Assembly: GCF_025526975.1 (NCBI RefSeq)
Contig: NW_026515684.1
Coordinates: forward strand, 1-64,000
DNA length: 64,000 bases
Reading direction: 5' to 3'
From: Fimicolochytrium jonesii
Taxonomy: Eukaryota
The position numbers were made by a program, and so were the translations under genes. This document shows positions 34,769 through 49,057 of this stretch, in pieces. The number at the start of each line of letters is the position of its first letter. Position 1 is the first letter of the stretch. The notes under the pieces are model-generated. The model ran no database searches. It saw nothing but the letters and a program-made list of their open reading frames with translations, and was not told the DNA's origin.

Positions 34769-37700
34769 CTAATCGTTCAACTGCAGCAGTCCACACACGC
34801 CTGGGGACGGGATAAGAATCAGCCATATGCTCTTGTGAAACAGCTTTGCGAGCGGTCCTTACCTCTCCTGACCCATTGATCTTCGGGATCCTTAGTCAAC
34901 AGCCGCATAGACATAACATAGTTTGTGCTGTGTCTGTAGGACGAAAGTGACCAATGTGTGAGCAACGGTGTCGAGACCAAATCTGTGGGGTAGTTAGAAT
35001 CCTTACCCGGTAGTGGAGAGTGTACCACGTCGAGCACTCGTTTTGTATACCGGGCAATCGTACGTGTTGTTCGTCTGGAATTTACTTCGTTCCCCGGGTT
35101 TCAGCCAAATGATTGGCATTGAATCGTAAAGCACTCGCGGGAAGCTCTCAACAATCGAGTTTTCCTGAATGTCCCATCGAGCTCCTTCCAAGAAGAGCCC
35201 GTTGATGTAAGCCCCTTCTTCTGGTCGTACACCAGCGCTCCGTGTCGCCTGCACTTGAAACTCCAGCCCGAGAAGATCGATAGGAATGGTGTACTTTCGC
35301 GCGTAATTTTGTAGACATCCGGTGAGGAAGCTCTGCGTGAAGAAAAAGCCACTAAGCCAGAAGACGATCGGCTGCCCCTTGTCGATCCAGGTACGGAAGA
35401 ACGCCAATCGTTGGAGCAGGTCATTGAAGTACGACGGCAAGGGCTTGATCGACGGGTAGGATTTTCCAGCCCACATCTTTGGTATCGTCCCGACCAAAAT
35501 ACTCTGCAGCACGTCCTCCAGATCGCCAGACATAACGACAAGACCCTTGATGGCTTTTTGGATATTCTTCAGACTCCCTCGAACGACCTCCGACAGATTT
35601 CGGAATCTGATGACTTCCTGAAGCAGAACGGTATTCATGCTTTCGCTGTATGTCACCGGATACTTTGTACTGACTTCGTGGAGGTCAAATGCCTCCGGTA
35701 ACCGAGCTAACATATCCGAAGCGACCTCCGACACGATTTGCTCGGTGGATCTGGACCCTGAAGATGCCGTGTTGCCTTGCGTCAACATAATGGATCGAAA
35801 GAAATTGTCCGTGTCGAGCTGACTCTTGGTGATGTCAGCGTTCTCGTGCAAGTGGAAGACCTCGGGGCGTGTTTCCAAAGGCAGGGTCTTCACGTACTCA
35901 AGAACTCCCGAGTAACTGGTGCTGTCCGGAACGTGATATTTACCACTAGGCGAGAAACTGTATTTGTCTTTCTCAATCTGCGGCGTATAGAACAAGTCGA
36001 GTAACGTCATCAGGCAACGACGATCTTTGTCGTCCGTCACGCGCCCACCGTAATTGCATTGACCTAGAGATCTGGTTTAGCATTTCCTTGATATGAGAAG
36101 AATGAAATTTGGCAGACCTACCCGTCAGGTATGACAAAGCATCGTATGGAACGGTGTCATACTCGCTCAGAAAGTTTCGCAGCTGGCGTGCAGAAATGCG
36201 CAGATCCGTGTCATTGAACTCGTAAGGAATGTTCCAGCCGATGGGTCCAAACTGCCTTCGTTCCTGAATGATTGCGTGAAAGAAACATAACCCGAAAAGC
36301 ATCTTCTCAAAGACGGCCTGCTTTGGTGATCCTTCGTAAAACGTTTTGTCATTCAAGGGGTCGCCGTTGTACGATTTCGTCAAGTTCGCCCGTAGCCCTG
36401 CAGGAGGCTCGTTTGTCATCTTCACACCGTTTTGCAACAGCGTCACCGGGAACTTATCGCTCGGATACGAGGTGAGCCACAACCGGAAGTCGCGATGAGT
36501 CGTCTCTGGCGCAAGCTCTTCGCAGATCTTTTCCAGACTAGCCATCCAGCTGATGGCAAGATGGCAGTTTTGTAAAACTACCCAAGTTCCGCCTTGTACC
36601 CCTGCCGCGATCATCTTCGCTGCAATGGGTCCCTGTCCCTGACCCAGCGAAATAGAGTTGAGTCGCGAGCCTCCCATCTTCTTCTCGTCCGCAAACTTCA
36701 GCAAGCTGGTCATCGGGTCCGCTCCAGGTGACAGCACGAAGATTAACGGAGACGTAGTATTTGAATCTTGGTAGCTACTAGCAAGATCAAAAGGCGGGGG
36801 TTCCACGAACTTGTTGCCCATCTTCTCGATAATGAACACTGTAATGGCGGCTATCATTTTATCCGGGCGCAGTGCTCTTAGAATACACAGCTTTTGGAAC
36901 GCATCCAAGGTATCCTTCCACTTCCCAGGAGGAGGAATAGTCTGCGGCGTTGGGCTATCAAACAATCGTTTCCACTCGTCAATGTTAGAAACAAAATCGA
37001 CGTCGAATCCTTGGAAAGGAGGTAAGGATGACAAGCGGCATATTTCGTTCCATGACCTCTCACCAAGCCATGGTGTGTCCGGTTTGGGAGTTTTACTGCC
37101 AGTGATGCCCATTCCACCGGTAAGCAAGAATCTCCATTCGTCTCCATTCACTTCTCCCCGACCTCTCAGAATCGCCACAGTCAAGAGGAAGGAGAACACA
37201 AGCTTATCTTTTTCGAACAGCGATCGACAAACGTTTCGGTAGAGAGCCTCCGTAAAATGAATTCGTAACGTTGTCAACCGTTGTTCAACATCGGAAGATT
37301 TCTCGCTTGTTTCTATCGATGTGACGAAGAGATTGATATACCAGGTCAAGCTGTACTGGTACATGGGTTCGATATTTGCAAGATCCGCAATGCAAAAGAA
37401 CAGCAAGGATGAATAACCAGCTATTGGCTTGTATCCCACACGAATCTCATCAATCGTCTTCTCGGTTGCCTCCGCCGCCACTTGCTTTTCGTTGATCGTT
37501 ACGGCCAATGCTTTTGACGAAGACAAAATTTGGATCCCGGTTTCATCTTCCAAGATGTTGCCCTCGGACGATGAGAGGACTTCCAGAATCTTCGATTCAG
37601 CAGCTTGCAGCTGCTTCTTATTTTCAGCACTTTGAATAACAAGCTGCGCTTTCATTTCCTCCAGTTCCGGTCTTTCTTTGGCGATTACAATACCGAGCAA

Positions 37701-40700
37701 TTGATCCTCCAGCCCCTCAGGAGTAATCATGAAGTTCAGCAAAGTTACCTTCGTAGAGAGTTCCGGCAGGTAGTGTGGATTTCGCAACTTCGTTGTTATG
37801 TAGAATCGGAACTCTGGCGAGTACTCTACGGTGCTGTCACCGAGACGGATGCATACCACACCTCCTTGACGGAATGTTTGTTTGAGAAGTAGGGGTTCGA
37901 GAACAGGATCGATTTCCTCAAGAACATTTTCCAATAGAACGGGAGTTCCAAACTGTATGGCGTTTTCGAGCGTTCGGATGTAATCCGAGTCGGTGAGCTT
38001 GATTACTTGCAAGTTCTTCGCTTTCTCTTTGTTTTTGATCCACCGATTCGCTTGCCCTTGCGGATCGATCATCAATGGCCAACGATGTGCGTTTTGAATC
38101 ATAATCCCGTTGTCAATCGAGAAAGAATCTTTAGGGAGTCCGCAGAGTGTCCATTCTCTGATCTGAATAGGATCCCCAAGAACGTTCGCCAGTTTGATAT
38201 CATCTGATTCCGAACACGGTATATTCTTCTCCTTGCAAGCTTTCGTCCAATCCAGAACACATTCGTCGCGATAAGCTTTCGTAAATGCCCCAAGGTAGGC
38301 GACCATTCCGCTAGCTACGAGAACATCTCCAGTTAAGGCAATATACTGCTTTTGCAGGTCGTGAGCAGTCTGCGTCCAACGATCTTTTTCGTCACCCAAC
38401 GACCCAATCAGCTTTTCTGCTCGAATCAACTGGTTGGAAACTGATACGACCTGCTTCTCCAAAGCGTCTTTCTTATCCGTCATTGCTTTGAAGTTGTTCT
38501 CCAAAGCTGCCATACGGTCCTCAACGGCCTTCAGAGCGTCTCGCTTCTCTTTCAACTTGCCCATGACTTCGGCGACCTCTCCCTCTGCCTTGGCGAGAGC
38601 TTCTCGCTTCGGTGCGACGACTTTCGCTACCCTATCGTACAGTTCCATAGCCCTGACCCAACGACAAAGACCTTCGGCAGCCGAAGAAGCTTTCGCCACC
38701 TTCTCGGGGTCGAACTCCGGATTTTCGATGAATTTGGAGCGAATGACCTTCATGATTTTAGGATCGATGTTATCCTTATCGTACGATTTCAAACTCGCCA
38801 AGAAGGAACTGTCGCCCAGCATCTTTTGTGCTGGAGCCCAGTAACTCTCCTCTTTTTTGCCACTCGCATCCGCAACTTTGACCGGTTTCACGTCTTTCAT
38901 CACGCAGACGGCTTCCATAACGAACTTGACACCGGCAGGAGGAGATTTCATAGTTTTCAGCAAATCCACGTCCGCTTTTTTTAAAGTGTCCAGCGCCGCT
39001 AAAGCCGACTCCAAAGCTGGAACTGCTTCTGCCAGTTGAGCCTCGCAATCTTCCTTAATTGCCGTAGCTTCATTGGCTTTCTTTGTCGCGACTTCTTCGT
39101 CAGCCTTGACGACCGTTTTCACTTGCGTCACTTCGACCGATTCCTTCTCGATCTGAAGCATGATAACATCGGTTTCTGCCTGGGTCTTAACAAGCTGCGG
39201 CTGCAGTTCTCCAAGGTCCACTTGCATCTTGGAAACTGCACCCTGCGCATATGCCAGTTTCTCAAGACCATTTACGTATCGATCTCGTAGTTTTGACACC
39301 GACGCCCGCTTCAGGGCCAAAAGGTCCATGAATGTCTTGATGAGCATGATGAACGATGTCGCCGTAACATAGTTATGTCGTTTGAAGATGCTCAAGAATT
39401 TGCCAGACTGAGCTTTGGTGCTCTCGTGGAAGTACTTGCACATCTGCACCACGCTCACTCGCACGTGGTCTTCCATCTCGACATCCGCAAGGAATTTGTT
39501 TGCCACTGCCCCAAGAGCATCGTCAGGCCAGTCCGAGAACCAGTCAATAGTGCAACAGTTGATGAGCGAGGGGAATTTCCTCAGCCTATTACGGAAGGCG
39601 TCTCCAACCGGGGACATGCACAAGCAGATATGCAGATTTTCTCTGCATCTTTCCAAGAACCACTGGAACATGGCTGCTGGTGATGAATCTGTTCCACGAC
39701 CCCCACCGCCTCGAGTGTCCGATCGCATCAAGTCGAAAAGCTCCTGCTTTTCGTCCGTCGCAAAGAGATTGGGCACCTCACCAGCGTTCAACATGTTGTT
39801 GATATCTTCCAAAAACGATTCATCCTGACATTGAGTGTCGCTGAACAGGAAGATGGTCGGTTTGCCTAGCCCGCCGGCCGACTTAAAGACTTTCTTCAAA
39901 TCATCATGCCACGCTTGCACGTTGTAGTTCTTCGAAATCTCCACCTGGAAGACATCGTACTCGGCCAAGTATGCTGCCATACGTGTCAGACTTTGCCTCC
40001 CGCTGCCCCCGACCCCAACCAGGAGAATGTTCCCACGGGGTTGTTGCAAGACTCGGCTGATGCGAGATAGGTGCTCAATAGCAAATCGGAACATCACTGG
40101 AGTAAATGCAGCACATTAGCTCAAAACGTCCGTCGCAAATCCCACCGGACGACATACCCAGGTTCATTGGCTTCTTGCTAACAAGATTGTATTCGGCGAG
40201 GCTTTTCTCCATGAACTCGGTCAGTTGACCAAGGTCGCTGATTTCATCATAAGCTCGGCCTGTGGCATCCCGTGGTGACAAATATGTGCCGAAGATCAAA
40301 CTTCTTAAATCGTCAAGTTCGACCTTTCCGTCTTTGTTACTATCGTAAGTCTCGAAGACCTGCTCGAAGTCCATCTTGAAAGCATCCTTCAACACTTGGG
40401 TTTTGGCATAATTGAAGAACCAACTCCTATCCTCGTCGTCGATGAGCCGATCATAGATAACCCTGTATGCCTCGTGAAGCCATAGCCGCACCATTTTGGG
40501 TTTGTCCGTGATAGTATCAGGTCTCGACAACAGTACACCTTGTACAATACGAGCGAAATCTCGAAGGTTGAAGGTGTAGTGCGACTTCTTGGGCGTAGGT
40601 AACAGATTCAACATTGCGCCTCTGTAGATCTGCCTTGTTCCCTCAATGATAGGCTTCGTCAACTCCGCAATCTCTTTCGGAAAGTTGTTCGAGGTTAAAT

Positions 40701-43700
40701 GCCATTCAAGAATCGTTTCAAATATTCTTTGCAACGTGGGGTCGTCGAAGGCTGCGATCGTGATGGTATTGAAGTGCCGCAAGAATCTTGATGTCACTGG
40801 GTTTCTCCCGCCCCCAGGAGGTCCCATTGCACCAACAAACTGGATCCCTTCAAACTTCAGGAAAGTGTTGTCGCTATACCATCCCTCATGGTCCATCCAC
40901 TGCCTCAATAGCTCTATGGGTGGTTGTGCTCCGTATACTTCGCGAGCCGGCATGTTCAGATCATCAACGAAAAATACCGCCCGCTTGCCCATAGGAGGAC
41001 CAAAGACCCCCTTTCGCCTTTTGTCCAATTTTGACTCGATGATTTCCTGAGTTTGGTTGGCCGTCGTTTGGGCAGAGAAGTTGATAAAGTTTGGAACGAA
41101 GACGTCCTTCGCAAGCTTGTTCATCAACCCATCTCGGATATACATCGACTTGCCGGTACCCGTAGGACCCACGAAGAGGACGTGCTTCTGATGGCGCACA
41201 AGTAGAGACAGCAGGAACCCGTACCGTGCCGTGTCCACTGTCGGTACTAAGATGTTGTCCACTTTCACCTTCGCAGGTATCGTCCAATTCGTGGCGATGG
41301 TTTCCACCCATGGTCGCCAGGCACCACCGTCCCGTTTATCGTACATAAAATCGTACACCGATCCTTCGGGGAGTTTGATAGCGTTCGGGAAATCCCTTGG
41401 TGGTGCGGTTCCCAACAAGTTGCGGAGATTTGCCGAAAACTTCGATCGCCCGCTTTCATCCACACTGGCTCCCACCGACCAGATCAAGGCGAAGACAAAC
41501 AAATTTTGTATCATCGCACCGGTAAGCTCTCCAGGGGTAGTAGTATCTTTGCTGAAATCATCCACGAGACTTTCGAAAATGTTGAGTAGCGATGCCATCA
41601 TATTGCTATCCCCGGTTTCTGATAGTTCAACGCAATTCCTCCGTACGAAGAACATGCTTGGAGAAGCAAGCCAATCCACGGCTCCCGTCAGTGTCTTCTT
41701 TTGCTCCTCGGAGAGGACCGAGGTGTTGAGCCATGACACGAAGAGTGTGTCGCGCCACCCAAGCCGCTCAGGCTCCATGAAGATCATTCCGCAACGACTG
41801 ACGGTGGCTGGGGAGGCTACAGCTAAGTCTCGAACTTCGAAGATCATACTCATCGTAGACGAGAGCTGAATGATTTCCCCGCTGTTCAAGCATAGCTTCT
41901 TATTGTCATCCAAAACGGTGTTCATGTTTTCAATCCAGACTGCGTCAACGGGACCATCGAAAATCAGCCATTTTCGCTCAGGACTAGGATTCGAAGCAAA
42001 GTTCCTGAAGCCAATGGCGAGAATGCCATCTGACCACTCATGTGTCACCGGGTCGAACTGCCCATAGAGTTGACCCATTGTGATCGACTTCGGATTGAGG
42101 ATGCAGGTGACGACTTTGGCTTCAGCATCCGGGTAGTCTTTGTTGATCTCCGTCAACGCACCCTGCAGGACACGATAGGCCGCGGTCTTGCCCGAATAAG
42201 ACTCTCCCACCAACATGAAACCGTGTCGAACCAACATCATTTCGTAAACTTGCAGTATCTTCTCCAAGAATGCTGGCACAAGCTGGAGATTGGATTTGAC
42301 GCAGGTAGACCCAATTGCCTTGATCAAACGCTCGTAGTCTGGAGTAGGTAATGTGACCCCAGGGAACAAATCTGCTGTGATGCCGCGGAATAGTGGAATG
42401 TCTTGAGCCAAGAATTTTGCGAGGTTCACATCGATGATGGATCGCAAAACGATAATGTTCTCGTTCTCATCTGGATACTTCAACTTCAGCGCTCCGCAGG
42501 CGTTCAAGACCGATTTCACGGCTCTCATGCCGTAATCGTAGTGATCTTGCGAACTGAGCTGCTCGGAACAGAGTCGATAGGTGGCCGTAATCTTGACAGC
42601 TAAACCTCGTGCGTTGACGAACCCGAAACTGTACAAACTGATTTCCGCAATCAGCGTGTAGTCAGGTACCATCATGGCTACCGGTCGGAACAGAGCTTTC
42701 AAGTTATCGGGCAGTTCACTCCGTCCTGCGTACCCCGGGTTCATAGTGATGAACGAGTTGCAGACGGGGTTGAGATTCAGCTCGGTTCCTTCGAATGTAA
42801 AGATTTCCAGCTTGGCCGCTTTTGCACGCTGGATTGTCAGAATCTGTTGCGCCACCACAGACAACACTTCCAAGTCAATGCGATTGAATTCGTCGAAGCA
42901 AGCCCAAGCGCCAGCTGATGCGAGTCCCTTGAAGAATTTCCCCATCGCGATGTAGTCCAGACCATCAGAACAGTTGTACACGACACAAAACATGGCGAGA
43001 GCTTTCGCAAGATCTTTCACGGTCTCCGTTTTCCCAGTCCCAGCAGGGCCTTCCGGAGCTCCGCCCAAGTTCAATTGCAGCGCTCCGAACAGCGTTCGAT
43101 AGCAACGATCGGTCAAAGGCGTAATGACCAACCTCGCAGTGTTGCCCAGGTACTCGTACCCGTATTTCTGAACGGAGTTGATCATCTTGACTATGAGCCC
43201 CGTTTCCTTGTCGGGGAAGTAGTATCGCAGTTGACTCAGCCACTCGAAATCCGCCGTACTAGAGACCTTCTTCTCATCCAAAGTCGTGACGACATCGCGA
43301 GCATGAACATCAATGACGACTAGAGCTTCAAGGGTTGTTCGCGAGAGCCTGGAGAGGTCTCCTCTGACCAGCTCAACGACTTTCGAAAGCCTTTCGGTGT
43401 TCTGGTCGGCATATTTCGCAAGACCGTCTTTTCGACCTTCGAGAATGGCGAATTCGACCTCCTTTGTCCAGAAAATCTGACTGACTCCCAAGACGACCTG
43501 CCCTGGCCAATTTAGCACCCACTGTTCTCGTGGCGTCACCTTGTAATCGTCGAAAGCAGCAGCTGTGACGGTTCGCATGCTGGCCAACATAGCCTTCTCG
43601 ACATCCAACAACCACCGCTCCACAGCACCTGCCGCTGCGGCGGTGGAGATTGGGTTGTTGAACTTGATGTACTCTTTCTGACTACTGTACATTCCGAGAA

Positions 43701-46700
43701 TTTCGACCTCTTCATCGAACTCGAGACTGTTGACACCTTCGAAGCATTTCTTGAGATGTGGCTGGACACGCTTAGGGTCCCGAGTCTCCGACAAGATCTC
43801 GAGCATTTCGTCATTCGACAGGAAGAAAAATCGAGGGAAGTACAATCGCTTCACCTCGAGGTACTGATTGAGACCCTTCTGAATCAGCTCGAGCTCTATG
43901 TTGCTCTCCTTCAGCTTTTGCAGCAGATCGGGCATGGAGCAAACGCGTAGGACATGGCGATCCTGATTGGTATACACCATGATGTCTTTCCAGGTCTTGT
44001 TCACGGACACGAATCGTTTTCCTTCCGTAGGCATCTGCCGCATAATGTCTTCAGATGAGAAGATCGGCTCCAGATACAGCCAGGTGGCCTGAACTTTCAG
44101 CCACTCATCCGCAATTTCCTGCATAGTGAGGAGACGCTCCTCCCAGGCCCTTGTCTCTTCGTCGAAAGCTTTGATGAAGGGCGAACTTCGCATCGTTTGC
44201 GTTTTGACAATGTGGTCGTCAAACAAGGATTGAATGTCATCTAACGAAGATAGAATATGTGTTCCGGTATCCCGATACTCCACGGTGCCGAATTCGACAT
44301 CCTGCCATTCCGTGTACATTTTCTGCAATGCCTTCTCGAAAGAGTATTCTTTTGTCGCGACGCCGCTTATCTGCTCCAAGTTGGTCATGAACTCCGCCAA
44401 GTTCCGTTCCAATACTCCAGATAGACTTGTTGACTCGTCGGGCTGAAATCTGAATCCAACGACTTGACTGATTTCCTTCCAGTGCCGTTCCCGTAAGCCA
44501 GGATTACACAGCGTGCTGATGAGTGGCAGAGAAATCTGGAACCGTTCGATGTTCTCCTTGGTAATTTCAGCAATCTCCAAAGGTGCAGGGTCGTTCTCGA
44601 ACTGGATACACAATTTGAAGATATTCCGCCGCATCGTTGTTACTTCCGCCTCAACAACCTCCGGGTCCAATTTGAGGAAAGGACCCGTCATCCAGCTGTG
44701 GTAGCAGCGCTGGAAGTCGACAGACGTCTGGTATAATGTCAAGAATGGCGCCAGCGAGTCCATGGTAGCGTTCAGCGCCAGGAACTTTGTGGTCTCCCAT
44801 CCGAACATCTCCTCCTCTCTATTGAACACCATAATGCGCTCAGCGATGGAGTCCAGTCTGGCCTGGAGCTTTTGAGCGGCTTTGAAGTATTTGGTGATCT
44901 CCTCGTAATTCCCGAAAGAGTGATACTCCTCAATCTGCTTCGCATAACCGTCGAGCTCTCCCAAGAGTTTTTCGCGCCTCGCCTTCAGCTCTTCTTGGTT
45001 GGATGTGCGAGATGCGGTTAAGAGAGTTTCGGCGTCGGCGAAGGTTGGCGCCATTTTCGAGGGCCAGGTGAAGAGCTCGGTGTTCTGATCATAGTCCTCT
45101 ACCGTCAGGTTCGAATATATGAGCATGAAATTGAGCCTACAATCAGAGATTCGTTTGAGCTGGGGATACTCAAATCGCGATGCGCTTAGTATTGGGACGT
45201 TTCCATCTCTCACCTCTTCTTGGCCTCATCCACCTGATCCTCCAAAGTCCGCATAGTGACGGTCCTCGTAGTATCAATGAACTTCTGCAGGCCAACCATC
45301 TCCTCCACGTTTGTCGGTGGCGTCAGCATCGTCTTCGAAATCTTCTCGAACGACGCAGTGATCTTATTGCAATCTTCCCTGAATAAAACGCCCAAGTTGT
45401 TCAAAATGATGCTGCTGAGATCAAACGCGCGCTCCGACAAGCTGTTGATGAAGTCATTGCATTGGAGTTCGAAGATGGGGAACTGAACGGTGAATGGATA
45501 TGCGCTGTGGATTTTGGCGGACGCTGTTTCCCGATAGCGTTTCACTTCCTGCATCATTTGCTCGGACGTTGGCTCGCTCGCCAAAAAAGCGTTCACCTCC
45601 TGCGCAGCAGCTTTTGTGATGAGTCCCCGATGCTTATCGTATTCCTGAATGTAGGACTGTGGCGTCGAGAACCGCTTCGTGATGGTGTCGCTCAACTTTG
45701 CCCGCGCCATTGCGACGACGTTTGGAAACGTCTCGGCGAATGCCACACGAATGCATTGCTCGGGCTTCAGGTTCATGATACCAGCGCGGGTGCTCGTCAC
45801 TGTCTGCCCCGTAGAGAACAACTGAGTCTCGATTTTTGGGACCCTATCGGCTGCGACCAATAAAGCATCGAAGAGTCCATCGATGGTAGTAAGGAAGTCG
45901 CGAAGACTTGGTTCGAAGGTGATTTTCGTGTCATCGAGGACAAGCTTAAGAACAAAAGTGACGGACTGGGTTGCATTGTCTGGGCCTGTGCGTCCCTTTG
46001 ATTGTGCTCCCGACGCAGAGTTTGCCACAGTGATGTCGCTATCGAAAAGCGAGACAAAGTCGTCCACGGAGCCTTGGATGATGAGCCTCAGCTGATTTGC
46101 GAGGATGAACGAAACGGTTCGGAAGAATACTTCAATCTTCTCGGAGCTTATTGCCGACCATTCGTCCCGTTTCGTGTTTTGATAGAACACGTTCAGCATC
46201 GCTGGGTACCAGCTGTTTCAGAAGAGATTCAGTCTCTGAGTTGAATCTCCCACTCCATTTGACAGACCACCTACCTTGTCAAAAGCTTCTCATAAGCCTT
46301 CTCCATCCGCTGGGTCATGAGCGTCTTGAAAGCTTTCAACTCATAAGCTACGCCCTTTCCCAGCACACTCTCTAAATCAAACATCCGCAAGTTCTCAAAT
46401 TTATGCCAGAGCTCCTGCGTCTCCACGATCGTGGGGTTGACATAGAACAAGTTCTTGAAGATGAGCTGCTGTGCTTGTGTATACGCACTCTGCCAGGACG
46501 GCGTCGATTTGCGGATGTTTACAAAATTCTCTTGGCTGACGTGCGCGGTGTCGGCAGCAAACTCGACCTTCTCGCGGGGATCTTTGAGGACAAAGTCAAC
46601 GATGGCCTTCTTGACCGACATGTGGTAGTCTTCGCGCATCTCGGCGGAAAGGGTGTCGAGGGTCATTTGGTGGAAGACTTTGAGTTCGTCGGGTAGGAGG

Positions 46701-47423
46701 CGGAGCACGTTTTCCAGCCATTGGTCTTCCATTTCGGCTACATGGTGCGTATCGATGCCGTTGGTGATGTAGTAGTAGTACCGTTGCTGTATGGGAGGAA
46801 GTGAGCCTTCGATTGCCCCATTCGAGGGACGCGGATGATGCACCTCTACCATGGTATCCTTCTCTTGCAGGCCCCCTGGTGGCCCGTCCTCATCGAGATC
46901 ATCACCCATCGATCGTGAGACCGCAAGGGCCTCATTGGCCTTCTGCCTGTTTTAAACATCTTAGATCCTGTCACTCCTCCAAAATTGGCTCAGTCATTTC
47001 GATCGTGACAACACTTACATCACCATGTTGACTAGCGTCGTCCGGAAGGACTCGCGGTCCTTCTTTCCGCTCTTATCTTGCCTCGTTGGCGAGATATTTG
47101 CAGTTCGGTCTGGCAAAGGGGGAACCCTGATACCACCTTTGGTGCCATCCTCTGTGAGACGTTTTGCTCGCTTGTTCTTGCGAGATAGGATATCGGGGTC
47201 TGGTGGTTCTGATGACGAAACAGAACTGGTCAGTGACTCTCCCGAGGAAGCAGTGGACTTGCATGAAGAGTGCTCGCTCACCCCGGTGGGAACTCCTTAT
47301 GAATGTCGACTCCAACGTCTCAAAGGTGCCTAATGGGCTGTCATCGCTTTGCCGTGGAATATACGATGCCCCCGACTGCCAGGACCTGCCCCTGGTCCCA
47401 GTCGGTAGCAAATCTTTCTGCAT
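34769..47423 (-). CDS. DNAH7: Axonemal inner-arm dynein heavy chain, DNAH7-like
   Basis: P-loops GPAGTGKT, GESYSGKT, GPTGTGKS and GVGGSGRQ; stalk and microtubule-binding domain; C-terminal YKTSARRGTLSTTGHSTNYV...WVRRGVCGLLQLND. The N-terminal RYYYYITNGIDTHHVA..MREDY..SVKKAIVDFVLKDP block is DNAH7-like. The 5' end is approximate. Confidence 0.92.
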
Positions 47424-47824
47424 CGAAGGGATGCGTTCAGTGAACAAGAACCTCTGAGCGGTATCAAAAGTAGAAACCGTATGTGTCTCCTCACCTGCTT
47501 CCCGCTTGAGGCGGCGATCGCCTGCATTTTTAGAAGAGACTTGAGCGAAAGAATCGGAGTCGAAGGTGCAAAGGGCGGCGGGCCAAGCTGTTAATTGCTG
47601 AGTTGACAAGGACTCCGCTTGCTTACGTGTTTTGACAGGTTGCTCGAACCTTCAACGGTTTGTCAACGATAGACTCAAAGGACCTTAAAACGATGGCCGT
47701 TAGACGATGCGTGATATGCACGTCTCCGAACCAACAGAGCAGCAGCTAAGGAAAGCACAAACTAGCCTTACGGGGGAGTCCTGAACGACACCTTTACCGT
47801 CGAAAAAATTTCATACGCACCCAG

Positions 47825-48804
47825 ATGATCGCGGGCGAGCGGGTGCTCCAGCAAGGTCACGGTCCAAAGTCCGTACCGCAGTCCTCAAAACCCGTCCTTG
47901 CAAAGTCCCAGGAGGTGCGAACCAGGTTCCCACCAGTAGCACCACACAAGGAGGCCATAGTCTCGGCAGTCCGGGTGGGCTCCACCGATGTCTGGTCTGC
48001 AACGGACGATGATGCCTCGTTGAGAGCAAGCGCGAGTGCGAGTCGCTCCGCGAAGTCCTCAGCTTTGGAGCTCTTAGGAGACACAAAACCTGCTTTGAGC
48101 GGCCGACAACAAAGCGATAAGACAACTAACGTGCTGGCACAATCGCCGGTAGCGGATGAGGGTGGTGCACCGCCATCAAAGCGAAGTGCGGCAGAGAAGG
48201 TATTGATAGCACAATATAGCGCGAAAACTCTCGCCTCCATGAGGCATCCAATGCAGATGTAAGATAACTTCTCCGTGGAGCTGTTATGTTTAAACATCCT
48301 GACTTTACAGAACGATGACATGTCGAATGATCCTTTCTTGCTCCTAAACGAATTTCTCGCTTGTATTGCATCGAAATCATATCCTCGGGCATTACAGATC
48401 TCCGCCAAGAGTAAGTGATGGCTAGTGCGTCATCGTACGATTTGAGCGACCCATTGGGTGATATGCGGATCTTTCATTTATTCTGACCATCAACAGTTCT
48501 TTCAAGCGATCCTACCAATGCAATGATGAAAGAATACCAGCCAGTCTTACGGACCCGAATAGCACAGATCAAGGAAGCTGAAGAAGACGAGGAAGGCGAG
48601 GAATCAAGCGATGAAGACGACTCGGAGGACAACAGTCAGGATGAGGTTGACCATGGTGGCTCTGATGATAGTAGTGATGAGTCCGAGGATGAAGACCAGG
48701 ACAGTGGGAATGGGAGCAGTGCCTCGGACAGTGATTTAGATGAAGGACAGGCATCTGGTGATTTTGCGCATGACGAGGTTTTAAGGAAAGAAAGGGGGAC
48801 CTGA
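47825..48804 (+). CDS. Glutamate-rich protein 2 (ERICH2)-like
   Basis: Exons 47825-48199, 48311-48410, 48497-48804 give PFLLLNEFLACIASKSYPRALQISAKILSSDPTNAMMKEYQPVL plus an acidic tail, resembling the ERICH2 helical motif. Start uncertain. Confidence 0.55.
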
Positions 48805-49057
48805 ATCTTGAAAGAATCCTATGGAAGGAGATGCTTCATTTCTTGGAAACCTTTATCGACGATCACATTACAGGCCATAGAGTATTCCCAATGTGTCGTA
48901 CTGCTGCTGCGATTCCTATTTAAGAACGAGCCAGGGAATAAATTACTTTCTCAAAACAAAACGTATGCTACATGATCGAAACAGCTACGAGACGAATGGC
49001 AAGCAGGAATGGGCTATGCACGATTTGGATTAAGGGGAATGCGGGGAAACCGATCTA

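Noticed and set aside
47430..47825. RFX X-box in the DNAH7/ERICH2-like promoter (also sought upstream of IQCH)
   Set aside because: Only partial GTT..AAC matches; none fits the consensus well.
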